Source of the DNA: Octopus vulgaris | Lineage: Eukaryota | NCBI GenBank assembly: GCA_951406725.2 | Contig: OX597816.1 | Coordinates: forward strand, 1,860,001-1,924,000 | Direction: 5' to 3' | DNA length: 64,000 nt | Shown: positions 13,571 through 25,578 of the stretch, piece after piece | Position numbering within the stretch: position 1 is the stretch's first letter | Layout of the letters: each line of letters starts with the position of its first letter | The notes under the pieces: model-generated | What the model was told of the DNA's origin: nothing | Database searches by the model: none | Seen by the model: the letters and a program-made list of their open reading frames with translations, nothing else | Made by a program: the position numbers and the translations under genes

Positions 13571-13861
13571 TGTGCTGTCAATAAATATAAGACTATCTAA
13601 GGGGTTGAAAAAAGAAAAGGACCAACTAAACTTTTGTAGTCAAAACTGACATCCATAGAAGAAATAACATTTGCTGAGATTCATTTTGAATTTCTGTAGA
13701 AGTGGTTTCCATTGTTTGTTTCATGTTGTTTCCTAAAATACAATATGGTTACAAGGATATGTCATGAGCAGGACAATAAAATATTATATTAACCCTCATG
13801 TTTATCAAGATTAATACTTAATAAACACTTTAATGAGAGTGCCCCATGAGCATCATAGCCA

Positions 13862-14030
13862 TTCATCATCATCATCATCATCGTTTAGCGTTCGTTTTCT
13901 ATGCTGGCATGGGTTGAACGGTCCGACTGGGGTCTGGGAAGCCAGGAGGCTGCAGCAGGCTCCAGTCTGATCTGATAGTGTTTCTACACCTGGATGCCCT
14001 TTCTAACATCAACCACTCCATGAGTGTAGT
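13862..14030 (-). mobile_element. RTE-LINE 3' tail copy
   Basis: (ATC)n plus reverse family-C core. Confidence 0.75.
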
Positions 14031-14152
14031 GTGTATATGTGTACATATATATGTGTATATATACATATGTGTATATACATCATCATCATCATCGTTTAAC
14101 ATCCATTCTCCATGCTAGCATGGGTTGGATATACATATATGTATATATATGG

Positions 14153-14602
14153 GGCACTGGCCACAGCTATGAACCAATAGTGTAGCTGTGGCCAGTGCCC
14201 ACTGACTGGCTCCTGTGCCAGTGGCACATAGAAAGCACCATCCGAATGTGGTCAATGCCAAGTCCACCTGATTTGCTCTCATGCCGGTGGTATGTGTAAA
14301 AAGCACCAACTGATCGTTTGCTAATGCTAGTACCCTCTGACTGGCTCTTGTGTCGGTGGTACATAGAAAGCACCATCCGAATATGATCAATGCCAGGCCC
14401 GCCTGACTGGCTCCCATGCCAGTGGCATGTAAAAAGTACCCACTACACTCTCAGAGTGGTTGTCGTTAGGAAGAACATCCAGCTGTAGAAACATTGCCAG
14501 ATCAGATTGGAGCCTGATGCAGCTGCTGGCTCTCCAAACCCCAGCAAACCGTCCAACCCATGCCAGCATGGAAAACGGACATTAAATGATGACGATGATG
14601 AT
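14153..14602 (+). mobile_element. RTE-LINE 3' UTR/tail copy with ~4 hairpin repeats
   Basis: Repeated GTGCCAGTGGCACATAGAAAGCACC units, family core and GATGACGATGATG end. Confidence 0.8.
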
Positions 14603-14622
14603 ATATATGTGTGTGTGTCTGT

Positions 14623-14708
<86 letters not shown>

Positions 14709-14890
14709 GGTTTGGAGATGATGTACAGGTATTTTATATTAGAAGAAATGAGGTACTCAGAAATTTGGATTGTTTTATATTTACAGATATTTATTTGTAT
14801 ATTACATGTTTTTATACATCATATAACTTATATCATATATCATATATTAGCGCTTTCGTCCATTCTGGTGGAGTTTTCAAATTGAACTAA

Positions 14891-14940
<50 letters not shown>

Positions 14941-15259
14941 ATTATTATTTGAAGGAACACACACACGTGTGTGTGTGTGTGTATATATATATATGTGTGT
15001 GTGTGTGTCGTATCTATATATATATATCTGGTGAAGTATATTTGCCACTTAAATGTGGCTAACCCTTAAGGGTTGATGCTATTTTAGCTTGTAGCCCTAG
15101 GAGGACACCTCCTCCAGCTGGCTATTGACACACTTTCTGTGCCCTCTCAGTATTTGCAGTATGTGACAACCACCGGTTGGTGATGTGAAACATACTTCAC
15201 GATGTCAAGCAGTTACTGCTTATACATCACTCAGAGATTTATTATTGCTCATGCATATG

Positions 15260-15294
<35 letters not shown>

Positions 15295-15310
15295 GCATAT
15301 ATGTATATAC

Positions 15311-15593
15311 CATCATCATCATCGTTTGACGTCCGCTTTCCATGCTAGCATGGGTTGGACAGTTCGACCGGGGTCTGGGAAGCCAGGAGGCTGCACCAGG
15401 CTCCAGTCTGATCTGGCAGTGTTTCTACAGCTGGATGTCCTTCCTAATGCCAACCACTCCGTGAGTGTAGTGGGTGCTTTTTACGTGCCACTGGCACAGG
15501 TGCCAGGGGTGGCTGACAACAGCCACGATCAGTTAGTGCTTTTTATGTACCACTGACTTGGAAGTCAGTCAAGGCGGCACTGGCATCGGTCAC

Positions 15594-15595
<2 letters not shown>
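15311..15595 (-). mobile_element. RTE-LINE 3' tail copy
   Basis: (CAT)n CGTTTGACGTCCGCTTTCCATGCTAGCATGGGTTGG reverse family-C sequence. Confidence 0.8.
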
Positions 15596-15631
<36 letters not shown>

Positions 15632-15648
15632 GTGTGTGTGTGTGTGTG

Positions 15649-16025
15649 TATTATATAAAATCGTTTTGTCTGTCTGTGTGTGTGTCTTCTAGGATCTCAG
15701 GCATCCTCCATCCGATTGCACTCAAATTTGATATGTAGATACTGACGGTATCAGGGTGTGTGTAAGTCTTGAAAAAATTACAAAAATCGATTCCAGGTGA
15801 GAATACGATTGATAAAGCCGTAAGAACATGCTTTTGTAAAATTATTTTCCTTGGAAGAAAAACAGTCTATCCTTATTTCTTCGTTTGCTGGTGTCTCAAA
15901 TTTAGGTTAAATCAGTGTTTCTCAAAGGGGAGGCCTATGGGACGGTTGGACAGGTTGTTTTGAGAAAATTTGATTTAAATGTTTGACAACTCAGCACAAT
16001 CCATTGGACAGGGGACATTTTGCTC

Positions 16026-16027
<2 letters not shown>
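15649..16027 (+). mobile_element. Possible non-autonomous Helitron
   Basis: Starts TATTATATAAAA...GTCTGTCTGTGTG and ends TGCTCGT into (TA)n, resembling Helitron termini; no TIR or TSD seen. Confidence 0.35.
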
Positions 16028-16074
<47 letters not shown>

Positions 16075-16240
16075 TAATCGGTTTAAGCAATTGAGATTCA
16101 AGTGAGTTCTAATGAATTTACATGAATATGGTACTTAACTTGGATGCACCGGAAATCTATATGGTGTCAACGATACTACAAAGTGGGGTGATTACAAATA
16201 GGAAAAAAAGCAACATTGATCTATTCTTGTTGCTTTTTTT

Positions 16241-16279
<39 letters not shown>

Positions 16280-16299
16280 AGATATATATATTATATCCT

Positions 16300-16580
16300 C
16301 AGGCTGACCAAAGCCATGAGTGGATTTCGTACACACAAGCTGAAAGAAGACTGTTGTATATATGTGTATATTTGTGTGTGTATGTGTTCTGTGTTTGTAT
16401 CCTCACCATTGCTTGACAACTGATGTTGCTGTGTTTACGTTCCCATAACTTAGCGGTTTGACCAAAGACACTGATAGAATAAGTACTAGGCTTACAAAGT
16501 ATAAATCCTGTAGTCGATTTTCTCGACCAAAGGTGGTGCTTCAACATGACCACAATCACATGACTGAAACAAGTAAAAAA
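16300..16580 (+). mobile_element. 5'-truncated SINE (family B)
   Basis: Core plus CTTAGCGGTTTGACCAAAG and ACATGACTGAAACAAGTAAAA tail. Confidence 0.7.
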
Positions 16581-16664
16581 AATTTTTTTTAAACTATGCC
16601 ATTTCAATCCCACGCAAGGCCAGGTGTCTCTGCTAATTATTACTAAATGCCAATCAACAACTTT

Positions 16665-16947
16665 ACAGTGTAAAAAGCATCCAGTCTACATTGTAAAGTG
16701 GTTGGCATTTGGAAGGGCACCCAGCTGTAAAAACCTTACCAAAACTGACCTCGCCTGTGCTTGTGCCATGTAAAAAGCACTAAGGCCATTCTGCTGGGTG
16801 GTCAGTGTTAGGAAAGGCATCCAGCTGTAAAAATTCTGCCAAGACATTCACAAAAGTCTGGTGCAGGCTTCTGTCTGGTCAGCTCCTGTCAAACTGACCA
16901 ATCTATGCCAGCATGGAAGGTGGACATTAAATGATGATGATGATGAT
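16665..16947 (+). mobile_element. RTE-LINE 3' tail copy with internal duplication
   Basis: Two GGAAGGGCA(C/T)CCAGCTGTAAAA blocks and a (GAT)n end. Confidence 0.7.
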
Positions 16948-18830
16948 TATCTAAGACAGTGAGCTGGCAGAAACATTAGTATTCTGGGCAAAATACTTAC
17001 TTGGATTCTGAGCTCAAATTCCATTAAGGCTAACAAAACTTTCATTCTTTCAGGGCCAATACAATAAAAGTACCAGCCAAATATTATGATCAAGGTAACT
17101 GAATTGCCCCAACCCTCAAAATTGCTGGCTTTGTGCCAAAATCTAAAACATTATTATTATTATTATTTAACAGTAGATTTTCAATTATCATCCATGCCTG
17201 AAATTGATGAAGAATCAAGGATTCCAATAAAATGCTTAAAAACAGTTGACTTCAACTCCTGCTTTAAATAATAAAAATAAGTTATGGAAACGTGTGGCAG
17301 GTTCACAGAACTGGTCTTGACTTCCCTTTGCATTCAACAAGAGGACAATTTGAGAAAATTAAAAGACAAACACAGAACAGGCTTCCTCTTCATAAGGAAC
17401 ACCACCCTGTACATAACTCCATGTGCCCCTACATGGCCTTGCTTTTTGCTTTTTGAGCCAAAAAATTAACTTAACTTAAATACATCTACATTAAAAACAG
17501 ATACAATTGTTTTCATCAAGTCATTAAGAATGTTTATTGTTGAGAGATTAATTGGAGAAGATTGAAAATTGATTGAGGTCTGAATAAAATGTAAAAGTAG
17601 AAAAGATTTCTGAAGCAGTTGCTTTATTTTAGACACAGTTCGAGTCTATTTGAAACCTTTTACGAGACTGAAAAACCAGTCAAGAGACAACAACTGCAAC
17701 ACACTTACGAATCAATAAGAGCAACAACAAACTCATAAGATATATAAAATGAATAAAATGAATAAAGAAAAAGAAAAGGAATCCGAAGGATGCGATATTC
17801 GCTAACCTCTAAACGTCAGAACCATTAAGTGATTAGGATCAGTGGAGTGGAGTGCAGCAGTAAGCCCTGCCTCTGGTCGCAGCGTCCAGGAGGGTTCACT
17901 AGACAACAGCTTAGCATTACCAACTGTTTGTCTTACAACTATCTATATCGTGCTATCAGTTGGCACAGCATAGAATTGCTACAAATGAGTTCAATAGATC
18001 AAAGCCGAGCCAATAACAAACAGATCAACATTGTGATTAAATGTAAACATTTGAAGAAACAAAGATTTTCCCAAGATTTTTACTTCTCCAAGATATCACA
18101 AACAGAGAGAGTTCATATATCGAGGAGGAGGAGCAGGGATTTTGATTCCGTTGAACGTTGCATCTGCTATCATTCTGATAGATCTAACTCCCTAGTCTGG
18201 GGTGTGTGTGTGTGGGGGGCAGAGTTTGCTATCTTATATGAGTCAATATTCCCTATCAAAACAGCATAATAAGTTCCAGTGATAAATATGCAAATGATCA
18301 ATAGATGAGTCATAAGATGATATCAATTGAAAAGAAAGCAGCAGGAGAAACACAATAACGAAACATAAGCAAAGCAAAACCCTTTCCAACACTTTTCCAA
18401 TACGGAGAGTAAGGGGAAAGAAAAGAAGGAAAAAAACTTCAATCCAAAAATTTAGAAAAAAAAACCAAAGGGAAAAAAATAGTTTTTGTTTGGAGTTGCT
18501 TTTAAGTTTTCAAAATGACTATCTTTCGCCAAGCATTTTGGTTAAAAAATATCGAAGACGATGGAATACAGTCTTTTCTTTTTTTGTGTTGCAAGGTTTA
18601 ACTGAAATACGATAAATGAGGTAAAAGCATCAATACAATGGCTCTGGTCTTGAAATGGAGAAAAAATAAAATTACAATTCTGAGTATTACACAACAAACT
18701 TTTGGGAAAAAAAACATAATAAAAAGGGTTATATTAAAAGAAAAATAATTCTATGAGAAAAACAATAAGACACTCTTGGAGCATCAGAAATAGAGCTTTC
18801 CATTTCGATATATATCATATACAGGATTTT

Positions 18831-18873
<43 letters not shown>

Positions 18874-19087
18874 ATATAGGTAGATACATAATACATATTA
18901 TGACAATCAATGTTCTCTCTGTCTTGTGAAAGAATCTCAATGACTAGCCATAATAGTTCAATCATTTCTTTTCCTAAACACTCTCTCTCATATATATATA
19001 TATAAAGTTAATCCAAACAAGAAAACACAAAAAAAAACACAGCAACGCGAGGACGTGGAACAAATAAAGTATTATTGGACGCTCAAG

Positions 19088-19145
<58 letters not shown>

Positions 19146-19164
19146 GATGAATATGTGAATATAA

Positions 19165-19250
19165 GTGGCTGAAGATTGCTCGACATTTTAAAACTGATGT
19201 AATACTTACAGTGTTTAATAAAATGAAGTAGCATGAAACAATTGTACTAC
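19165..19250 (+). ncRNA. Type-I hammerhead ribozyme motif with extended stem II (in a Penelope-like remnant, ~19140-19285)
   Basis: gtgg-CTGAAGA-ttgct[long hairpin]agcat-GAAA-CAATTG-TA-ctac: both core strands, palindromic stem III, GUA triplet and stem I gtgg/ctac. Confidence 0.65.
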
Positions 19251-19410
19251 TCTACCTCGGATATACTTGTTGCTTATTTTGATTTTATATATATATATAT
19301 ATATATATTAAAATAATTAGAAAATGGAGAAAACCACAGATTAACCAACACATCGATTGGACCACATTTATAGCTTATTTTTTAATACAAAGCATGACAT
19401 ATATATTTAT

Positions 19411-19767
19411 AGGTACAGGCATGGCTGTGTGGTAAGAAGCTTGCTTCCCAATCACATGGTTCTGGGTTCAGTTCTACTGTGTGGCATCTTAGGCTGACCA
19501 AAGCCTTGTGAGTGGATTTGGGAGACAGAAACTGAAAGAAGCCTGTAATATATGTATATATTTCTGTCTGTGTCCCTCCAACATCACTTGACAACCGATG
19601 CTGATGTGCTTATGTCCCTGTGACTTAGCGGTTCGGCAAAAGAGACCAATAGAATAAGTACCCGGCTTTCAAAGAATAAGTCCAGGGGTTGATTTCTTTG
19701 ACTAAAAGGTGGTGCTCCAGCATGGCTACAGTCAAAATGACTGAAAGAAGTAAAACAATAAAAGAAT
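19411..19767 (+). mobile_element. tRNA-derived SINE (family B)
   Basis: AGGTACAGGCATGGCTGTGTGGTAAG (A box), GGGTTCAGTTC (B box), family body and GTAAAA tail. Confidence 0.8.
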
Positions 19768-20082
19768 ATATAAATAGATAGATATATGATGGCTGCAAAT
19801 TCATGTCCAAGTATTGCCATCACCTGATCAAAAGTCCCACACATGCGATGGCTATGACCAGCCATTGTTGAGATAGGTCTCTTTTTGTATTTTTTTACAA
19901 GTCCCTACTGCTATGCAATGACTGAATATATTAAAGACCAATGTTGTTATTCTGAAGAGATTACATCAACAGACTGGCATGAAATTAAGGAAGGGCAACA
20001 GAAGATGGTTAGTTTCAAGAGTGTGTAAATACATGAGCATAAACTCATCATACCAAGTTTTATAACCTGGCAAGAGAGTTAA

Positions 20083-20299
20083 CCCTTTTGATACCAAACT
20101 GCCCATGACAGCCTGTGGACTTATGATACAAACTTCCTATTTTAAAGAAAATTTTAATCTTCCATTAAAAAATTCATATTAATCTATGCTCCAAACTCCA
20201 ATTTAATAATGATAAAGTTATTTTAATAAATTCTTCATCATTACCAAAATTAATTAAAACAAAGGCAGTGTATTTAACAGGAATCGGGTAACAAAAGGG
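20083..20299. mobile_element. piggyBac-type MITE
   Basis: TTAA|CCCTTTTGATACC ... GGTAACAAAAGGG|TTAA; same family as 2367-2588. Confidence 0.8.
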
Positions 20300-20559
20300 T
20301 TAAATAGACCCACTACACATTATATTTCTATGTATCCCTATCCATTTTCTTTCATGTATACGCACGATTGTTTTATAAACCCACCCATATATTATATAAG
20401 ACACACACACACAAATACACATTATGAAATAAATAAATTCAACCAACTGAATTAGTAAACAAAAACTAATAGTAACGATAACTTGTAGTAAACAATAATA
20501 TTTGTTTAGAAAATTACTATTTGTAAATCTCACAACAAGAGATATTCAGCAACAGTACT

Positions 20560-20858
20560 TTGGAGTAAAGATTATTTGCCAACATAACATGGCAGTCCTG
20601 GTTTAGGATGAATGTTGCTGTAATTTACCCCCTGGCTATACGACCTGATTTGTGTGCTTATATAACTCACAAGATATTGTTACACACACATATTGTTTTG
20701 AGCTGAATGGGGGTGCTAGATTCCCTTGTTCAAAAATATAAGGACACAGATCGTGTCATACAGGCAGCTGGAGACGATGTCTCCTGGTGCTAAATCACAG
20801 CAACATTCGTCCTAAACCAAAACTGCCATGTTATGTTGGCAAATAATCTTTACTCTAA
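20560..20858. mobile_element. Foldback/MITE-like element with ~70-bp terminal inverted repeats
   Basis: TTGGAGTAAAGATTATTTGCCAACATAACATGGCAG...GGTTTAGGATGAATGTTGCTGT pairs with ACAGCAACATTCGTCCTAAACC...CTGCCATGTTATGTTGGCAAATAATCTTTACTCTAA. Confidence 0.75.
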
Positions 20859-21039
20859 TATTTTTTATTCTAAACTTTTATTTCGTCATCATTTAACATC
20901 TATTTTCCATGTTGGCATAGGTTGGTAAGGCCAGGAGCCACACCAAGTTCCACAGTCTGTTTTTAGCATGGGTTCCACAGCTGGATGGCCTTCCTAATGC
21001 CAACCACTTTGCAGTGTATACCGAGTGCTTTCTAGACAG

Positions 21040-21420
21040 CTTTTCCTCGTAGCACTTCTTTGCCTCTTTTTGCTCTGGGTCACTAAATGTAAGCAGACCA
21101 TTATCCATCCATACACACTTCTCTCCCATAATATCTAAATTCTTTCTGACCCACAGCACTTTGAGTTTCTGATCTTCATGCTGTTAAGCATTAGCAAGCC
21201 TCTTTCTTTCTGCTTCTGCCCTTGCTAGATATACCTGTTACCTAGATTCCGTCTTAGCTACTTGATATAGTTTTTTGCTCTCTTTCTTTCTCCATCTTGC
21301 CAAGCCGGTTTCTTCTCTTTTATGGCCTTGTCACTGTCAATCTGGCAGAGACCTTGCCCCAGCCACAAATTCAGATTGGGTCTGCAGCTTTTAGAAGGTT
21401 ATTGATTTTCTTTTTAAATA
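21040..21420 (-). mobile_element. RTE-LINE ORF2 fragment (endonuclease-RT linker)
   Basis: KKLYQVAK..VYLARAEAERKRLAN..NLDIMGEKCVWMDNGLL, with stop codons. Confidence 0.55.
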
Positions 21421-21427
21421 GTGAGAC

Positions 21428-22184
21428 CATAGCCCATGGCCTATGCCAGTGGGTGTAACCAGCCCATTTATGAGTACCCCTCATTCAGTGGACAATCAAC
21501 CTTGCTCGTGAAGACCTGTTGAGGCAAGTGAAATCAAAATCAGAATTGACATGGCCAACGATAGAACTGCCTGATTGGCACTCGTGCCAGTGGAACGTTA
21601 AAAGCACATCCAAACATGGGGTGTAACCAGGCCACTTATGAGTACCCCTCATTCAGTGGACAATGACCTTTGCTTGCAAAGACCTATTGAGGCAAGTGTA
21701 AACAAACCAAAATTGCTGACGTGGCCAATGACAGTACCGTCTGATTGGCACTTGTGCCAGTGGGACATTAAAAGAAGCATATCCGAGCGTGATCATTACC
21801 AGGGCCACGGATGGCTCCTGTGCTGGTGACACATGAAAAGCACCATTCGAACGTGATCGGTGCCAGTGTCGCCTTACCGGCACATGTGCTGGTGGCACGT
21901 GAAAAACAACATTCGAGCGTGGTCGTTACCAGTGCCGCCAGACTGGCTCCCATGCATGCAGCACGTAAAAACACCTTTGCCAGAACCACCTGACTGGCTC
22001 TTGTGCTGGTGGCACGTAAAAAGCACCCACTACACTCTTGGAGTGGTTGGCATGAGGAAGGGCATCCAGCTATAGAAACTTTGCCAGATCAGACTGAGCC
22101 TGGTGCAGCCTCTGGCTCACCAGTCCTCAGTCAAACCGTCCAACCCACACCAGCATGGAAAGTGGACGTTCAACGATGATGATG
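21428..22184 (+). mobile_element. Long RTE-LINE 3' UTR copy (internal duplication, ~7 hairpin units)
   Basis: Duplicated GGTGTAACCAG...GAGTACCCC block, repeated GTGC(C/T)(A/G)GTGGCAC units, family core and (GAT)n. Confidence 0.8.
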
Positions 22185-22877
22185 AATTCTTTCTAATTTT
22201 TGGCACAAGGCCAGCAGATCTGAGGGGAGAGGCAAGCTGATTTGCATCAACCCCTTCACGTGACTGGTACTTATTTTAACGCCTGAAGAGGAAAAAAAAG
22301 GACAATGTCAACCTCAATGGGATTTAAACTCAGAACATTAAGAACCAGAAGAAATGGTGCAAAACATTTTGTCCAGTGCACTAATGATTCTGCCAGCTTG
22401 CCCCAATAATAGCAACAACAACAACAGAAATAAAGACATTAATAGATATAAATAAATGAGTAAGGAGCCTGGAAACATCAAGAAAGGAATCAGAGAATTG
22501 TAAAAAAGCTATATGCACCCCCTGCCCCCCCCCCTTCTACCCAGCCACCCTTATCAACAGAACTCTTCCGAAACAAAAGTAGAATCTCCAAAACAATGCA
22601 GCTGTACTGCATACAGAATGACTTTCTCTTCAGCAGGCTTTATTGATTTCTCTCTCTCTCAAAGACTTATCAGGAATACAACTCCAGCTTCTGGCAGAAA
22701 TATCAGGATGGCAGCAGCAGCAGCAGCTCATGTGAGCAGACAACAAGTGTTGTGTGCAAACGAATGAAGCAAACATTTGTGGAGATAAACAACCTCCTCT
22801 GATTCTGCACACAAAAAACACTCAGTTTTATCTAAACGAATCTATTCTAAGAATAATTTTTGATAATTTACACATCT

Positions 22878-23083
22878 AAACCTTTAGCATTTCAACCAGT
22901 TGTATCCTGGGCCCCAAATATTCTCCCTGTTTTATGTTCAAACCAGTCAGATCTGGCCCCTCAAACCTACCCTGGACTGTTATCCTAAAAATAAACAACC
23001 ACAATGAAATACTGAAACTACAAGATGATGCGTGAATAAAGAAGCTGCACCTTTTACAGAATAACCTGAATGCAAAAGGCTTC
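22878..23083. mobile_element. Second piggyBac-like MITE family, decayed
   Basis: AACCTTTAGCATTT ... GAATGCAAAAGGCTT imperfect TIR; followed by a truncated family-1 MITE (23087-23195). Confidence 0.4.
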
Positions 23084-23196
23084 ATAAACCCTTTGACATC
23101 AACCGACCCCAAGACGGCCCTTAGTTCTATGATACAAATTTCTTAGTTTAAAGTGATCCATAAAAACTTAATGTTAATCTATGCTCCAAACACCAT

Positions 23197-23603
23197 TACT
23201 CTTTTTACTCTTTTACTTGTTTCAGTCATTTGACTGCGGCCATGCTGGAGCACCGCCTTTAGTCGAGCAAATAGACCCCAGGACTTATTCTTTGTAAGCT
23301 CAGTACTTATTCTATCGGTCTCTTTTGCCGAACCGTTAAGTGACGGGGACGTAAACACACCAGCATCGGTTGTCAAGCAATGCTAGAGACACAAACATAT
23401 ACACACAAATACACACACACATATATATATACATATATACGACAGGCTTCTTTCAGTTTCCATCTACCAAATCCACTCACAAGGCATTGGTCGGCCCGGG
23501 GCTATAGCAGAAGACACTTGCACAAGATGCCACGCAGTGGGACTGAACCTGGAACCATGTGGTTGGTTAGCAAGCTACTTACCACACAGCCACTCCTGCG
23601 CCT
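23197..23603 (-). mobile_element. Near full-length young tRNA-derived SINE (family B)
   Basis: Near-identical reverse complement of 46296-46695; A/B boxes, CORE-like GTGGCATCTTG(T/G)GCAAGTGTCTT and (GAGTAAAA)n tail. Confidence 0.9.
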
Positions 23604-23674
23604 ATTGCTCGACATTTTGGCACAAGGCCAGCAATTTGGAGGTGGAAGAGGGGTTTAGATATGGCCGTTTTCCA

Positions 23675-23887
23675 GCCCCGTCTGGCACCTGTGCGGGTGG
23701 CATGTAAAAAAAAAACCCACTACACTCACGGAGTGGTTGGCGCTAAGAAGGGCATCCAGCTGTAGAAACTCTGCCAGATCAGATTGGAGCCTGATGCAGC
23801 CTTCTGGCTTACCAGACCCCACTCGAACCGTCCAACCCATGCTAGCATGGAAAGCAGACGCTAAATGATGATGATGATGATGATGAT
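23675..23887 (+). mobile_element. RTE-LINE 3' tail copy
   Basis: Family-C core and (GAT)n. Confidence 0.8.
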
Positions 23888-24583
23888 TATAAACTGCCTC
23901 CACCTCCATTCTCTACTCATCTGTCACTCTCCTCCTTTTACACTCTGCCAAACCTACCCACCCAGCCAGCCATCCTCAATTTTCTGTCCCTTTTCTCTCT
24001 TATATCTATGTTCTTGGACCTTGAGGCTACACCTTGACACTTCTTCTCCACCATCCTTTCTCCCTTACCTGTTGGGGTAGCCGTGTATCTCCTCCACATT
24101 AAAACAACTGTTAGAGTCTCTTTATCGTATTTTAGCCTCTCAACACCCGACAGAAAACCACCTCCCTCGATGCTGCACCCAACCCTGTCAAGGGGTCTTA
24201 CAAGTTACTTGATGACCTCACTAGTGCTGGTGCCATGAAAAAAGCCCCAGCATCTTCAATACAGTGACTGATGTTAAGAAGAGCATTCAGCAGTAGAAAT
24301 CATGTGAAAGCAGACAGCGGCGCTCAATGCATTTCTCTGTCAAATCATCCAAGCCTTGCAGGAATGGAATATGGCGGCAGTTATACGAGGACAATCATGA
24401 AATTAAGAGCTTATACAGATTCAGCTGTATGAGAATCAGCAAAAGCAGGAAGGAATAATATCAAAAGTAAAGATGGGGTTGCAAAATTCTCTCAACAATT
24501 GAATCTAACAATTTTAAACTCCCAAAGACTTCATCTCTATTCAAATTGTGTCAGGTTGTTCACAAATGCTGCCAGTAATACAG

Positions 24584-24648
24584 AGTATGGTGTACAACCT
24601 GTTGTATGGTGTACAACCTGTTGTATGGTGTACAACCTGTTGTATGGT
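24584..24648. repeat. Short tandem repeat, ~3.4 copies of GTATGGTGTACAACCTGTT
   Basis: Visible directly. Confidence 0.85.
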
Positions 24649-25396
24649 TGGTTGATCAGCTTATTATTGATTTTTGTTCAAATGTGACATTTATTCTTGT
24701 CTGCCTGATTAAAGTTTTGATAAACACAGAATTAACTTCATTTAATTCATTTTTACAACTGAAAGAATAATTTAGCAGAAAAACTAATTTCATGATTGGT
24801 CGTAGCATCTTTATAGCAAGAAATCTCTTCTGCTCTGGCAACTTTTTCTCATACTTTCCTAGCATGGTGCCATCTCTCAGAGTCCGTAGTCATGCAAGCT
24901 GCTTGGCAACATCACTGGTGCTGGTGACGTGAAAAAAGCATCCAGTACACTCTGCAATGTGGTTGACATTAGAAAGGGCATCCAGATGGGTAGAAACTCT
25001 GCCAAAGTAGACAATGGAACATGATGTGGTCTTTGGACAAACCATCCGACCCTTGCCAGCATAGAAGATGGCTGTGGAAGGATGAGGATCCACGAAAGGG
25101 GCATCGTTGTGCTGCTAAGTCAAAATAGACAAAAATGGACTGGAGCCAAATATTTAGAGGTCTACTTTACTGCCAAAATAGATCCTTCAGGTCATATCAA
25201 GGAAATGGCTTTCCAAAAATCTAGGAAAAAAGCAATTTTGAGACACACCCAGAAATAAATAGCATAAAATTATCAAAGAAACACATAAAAAAATATAACA
25301 AAATAACTTCTAGAAGAACAAAATAATATGAATAAAAAGAGATTCTATTAAAAAACTAAAGTATTGCAGCCCAACCTACACAAGTGAACACAAAGA

Positions 25397-25510
25397 TATT
25401 GCTGTGATATGGGGTGAATCATCGTCTAAAAGAAGTACTTACTCACGAATACATTCACAGAAGAGACCAACCGGCCGTATCATTGTAATATTTGTGGTAA
25501 AACATTTTGA
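25397..25510 (+). pseudogene. C2H2 zinc-finger gene remnant (~1.5 fingers)
   Basis: YCCDM/GESSSKRST/THEYIH.../RPYHCNICGKTF*, with frameshifts and a stop; matches the tandem C2H2 linker-finger pattern. Confidence 0.6.
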
Positions 25511-25578
25511 ATAGTTTTGGAAATTTTACTGAATACCTGTTTGTCAAAAAACTTGTCTGAATAAATGTTATAGTGTTT

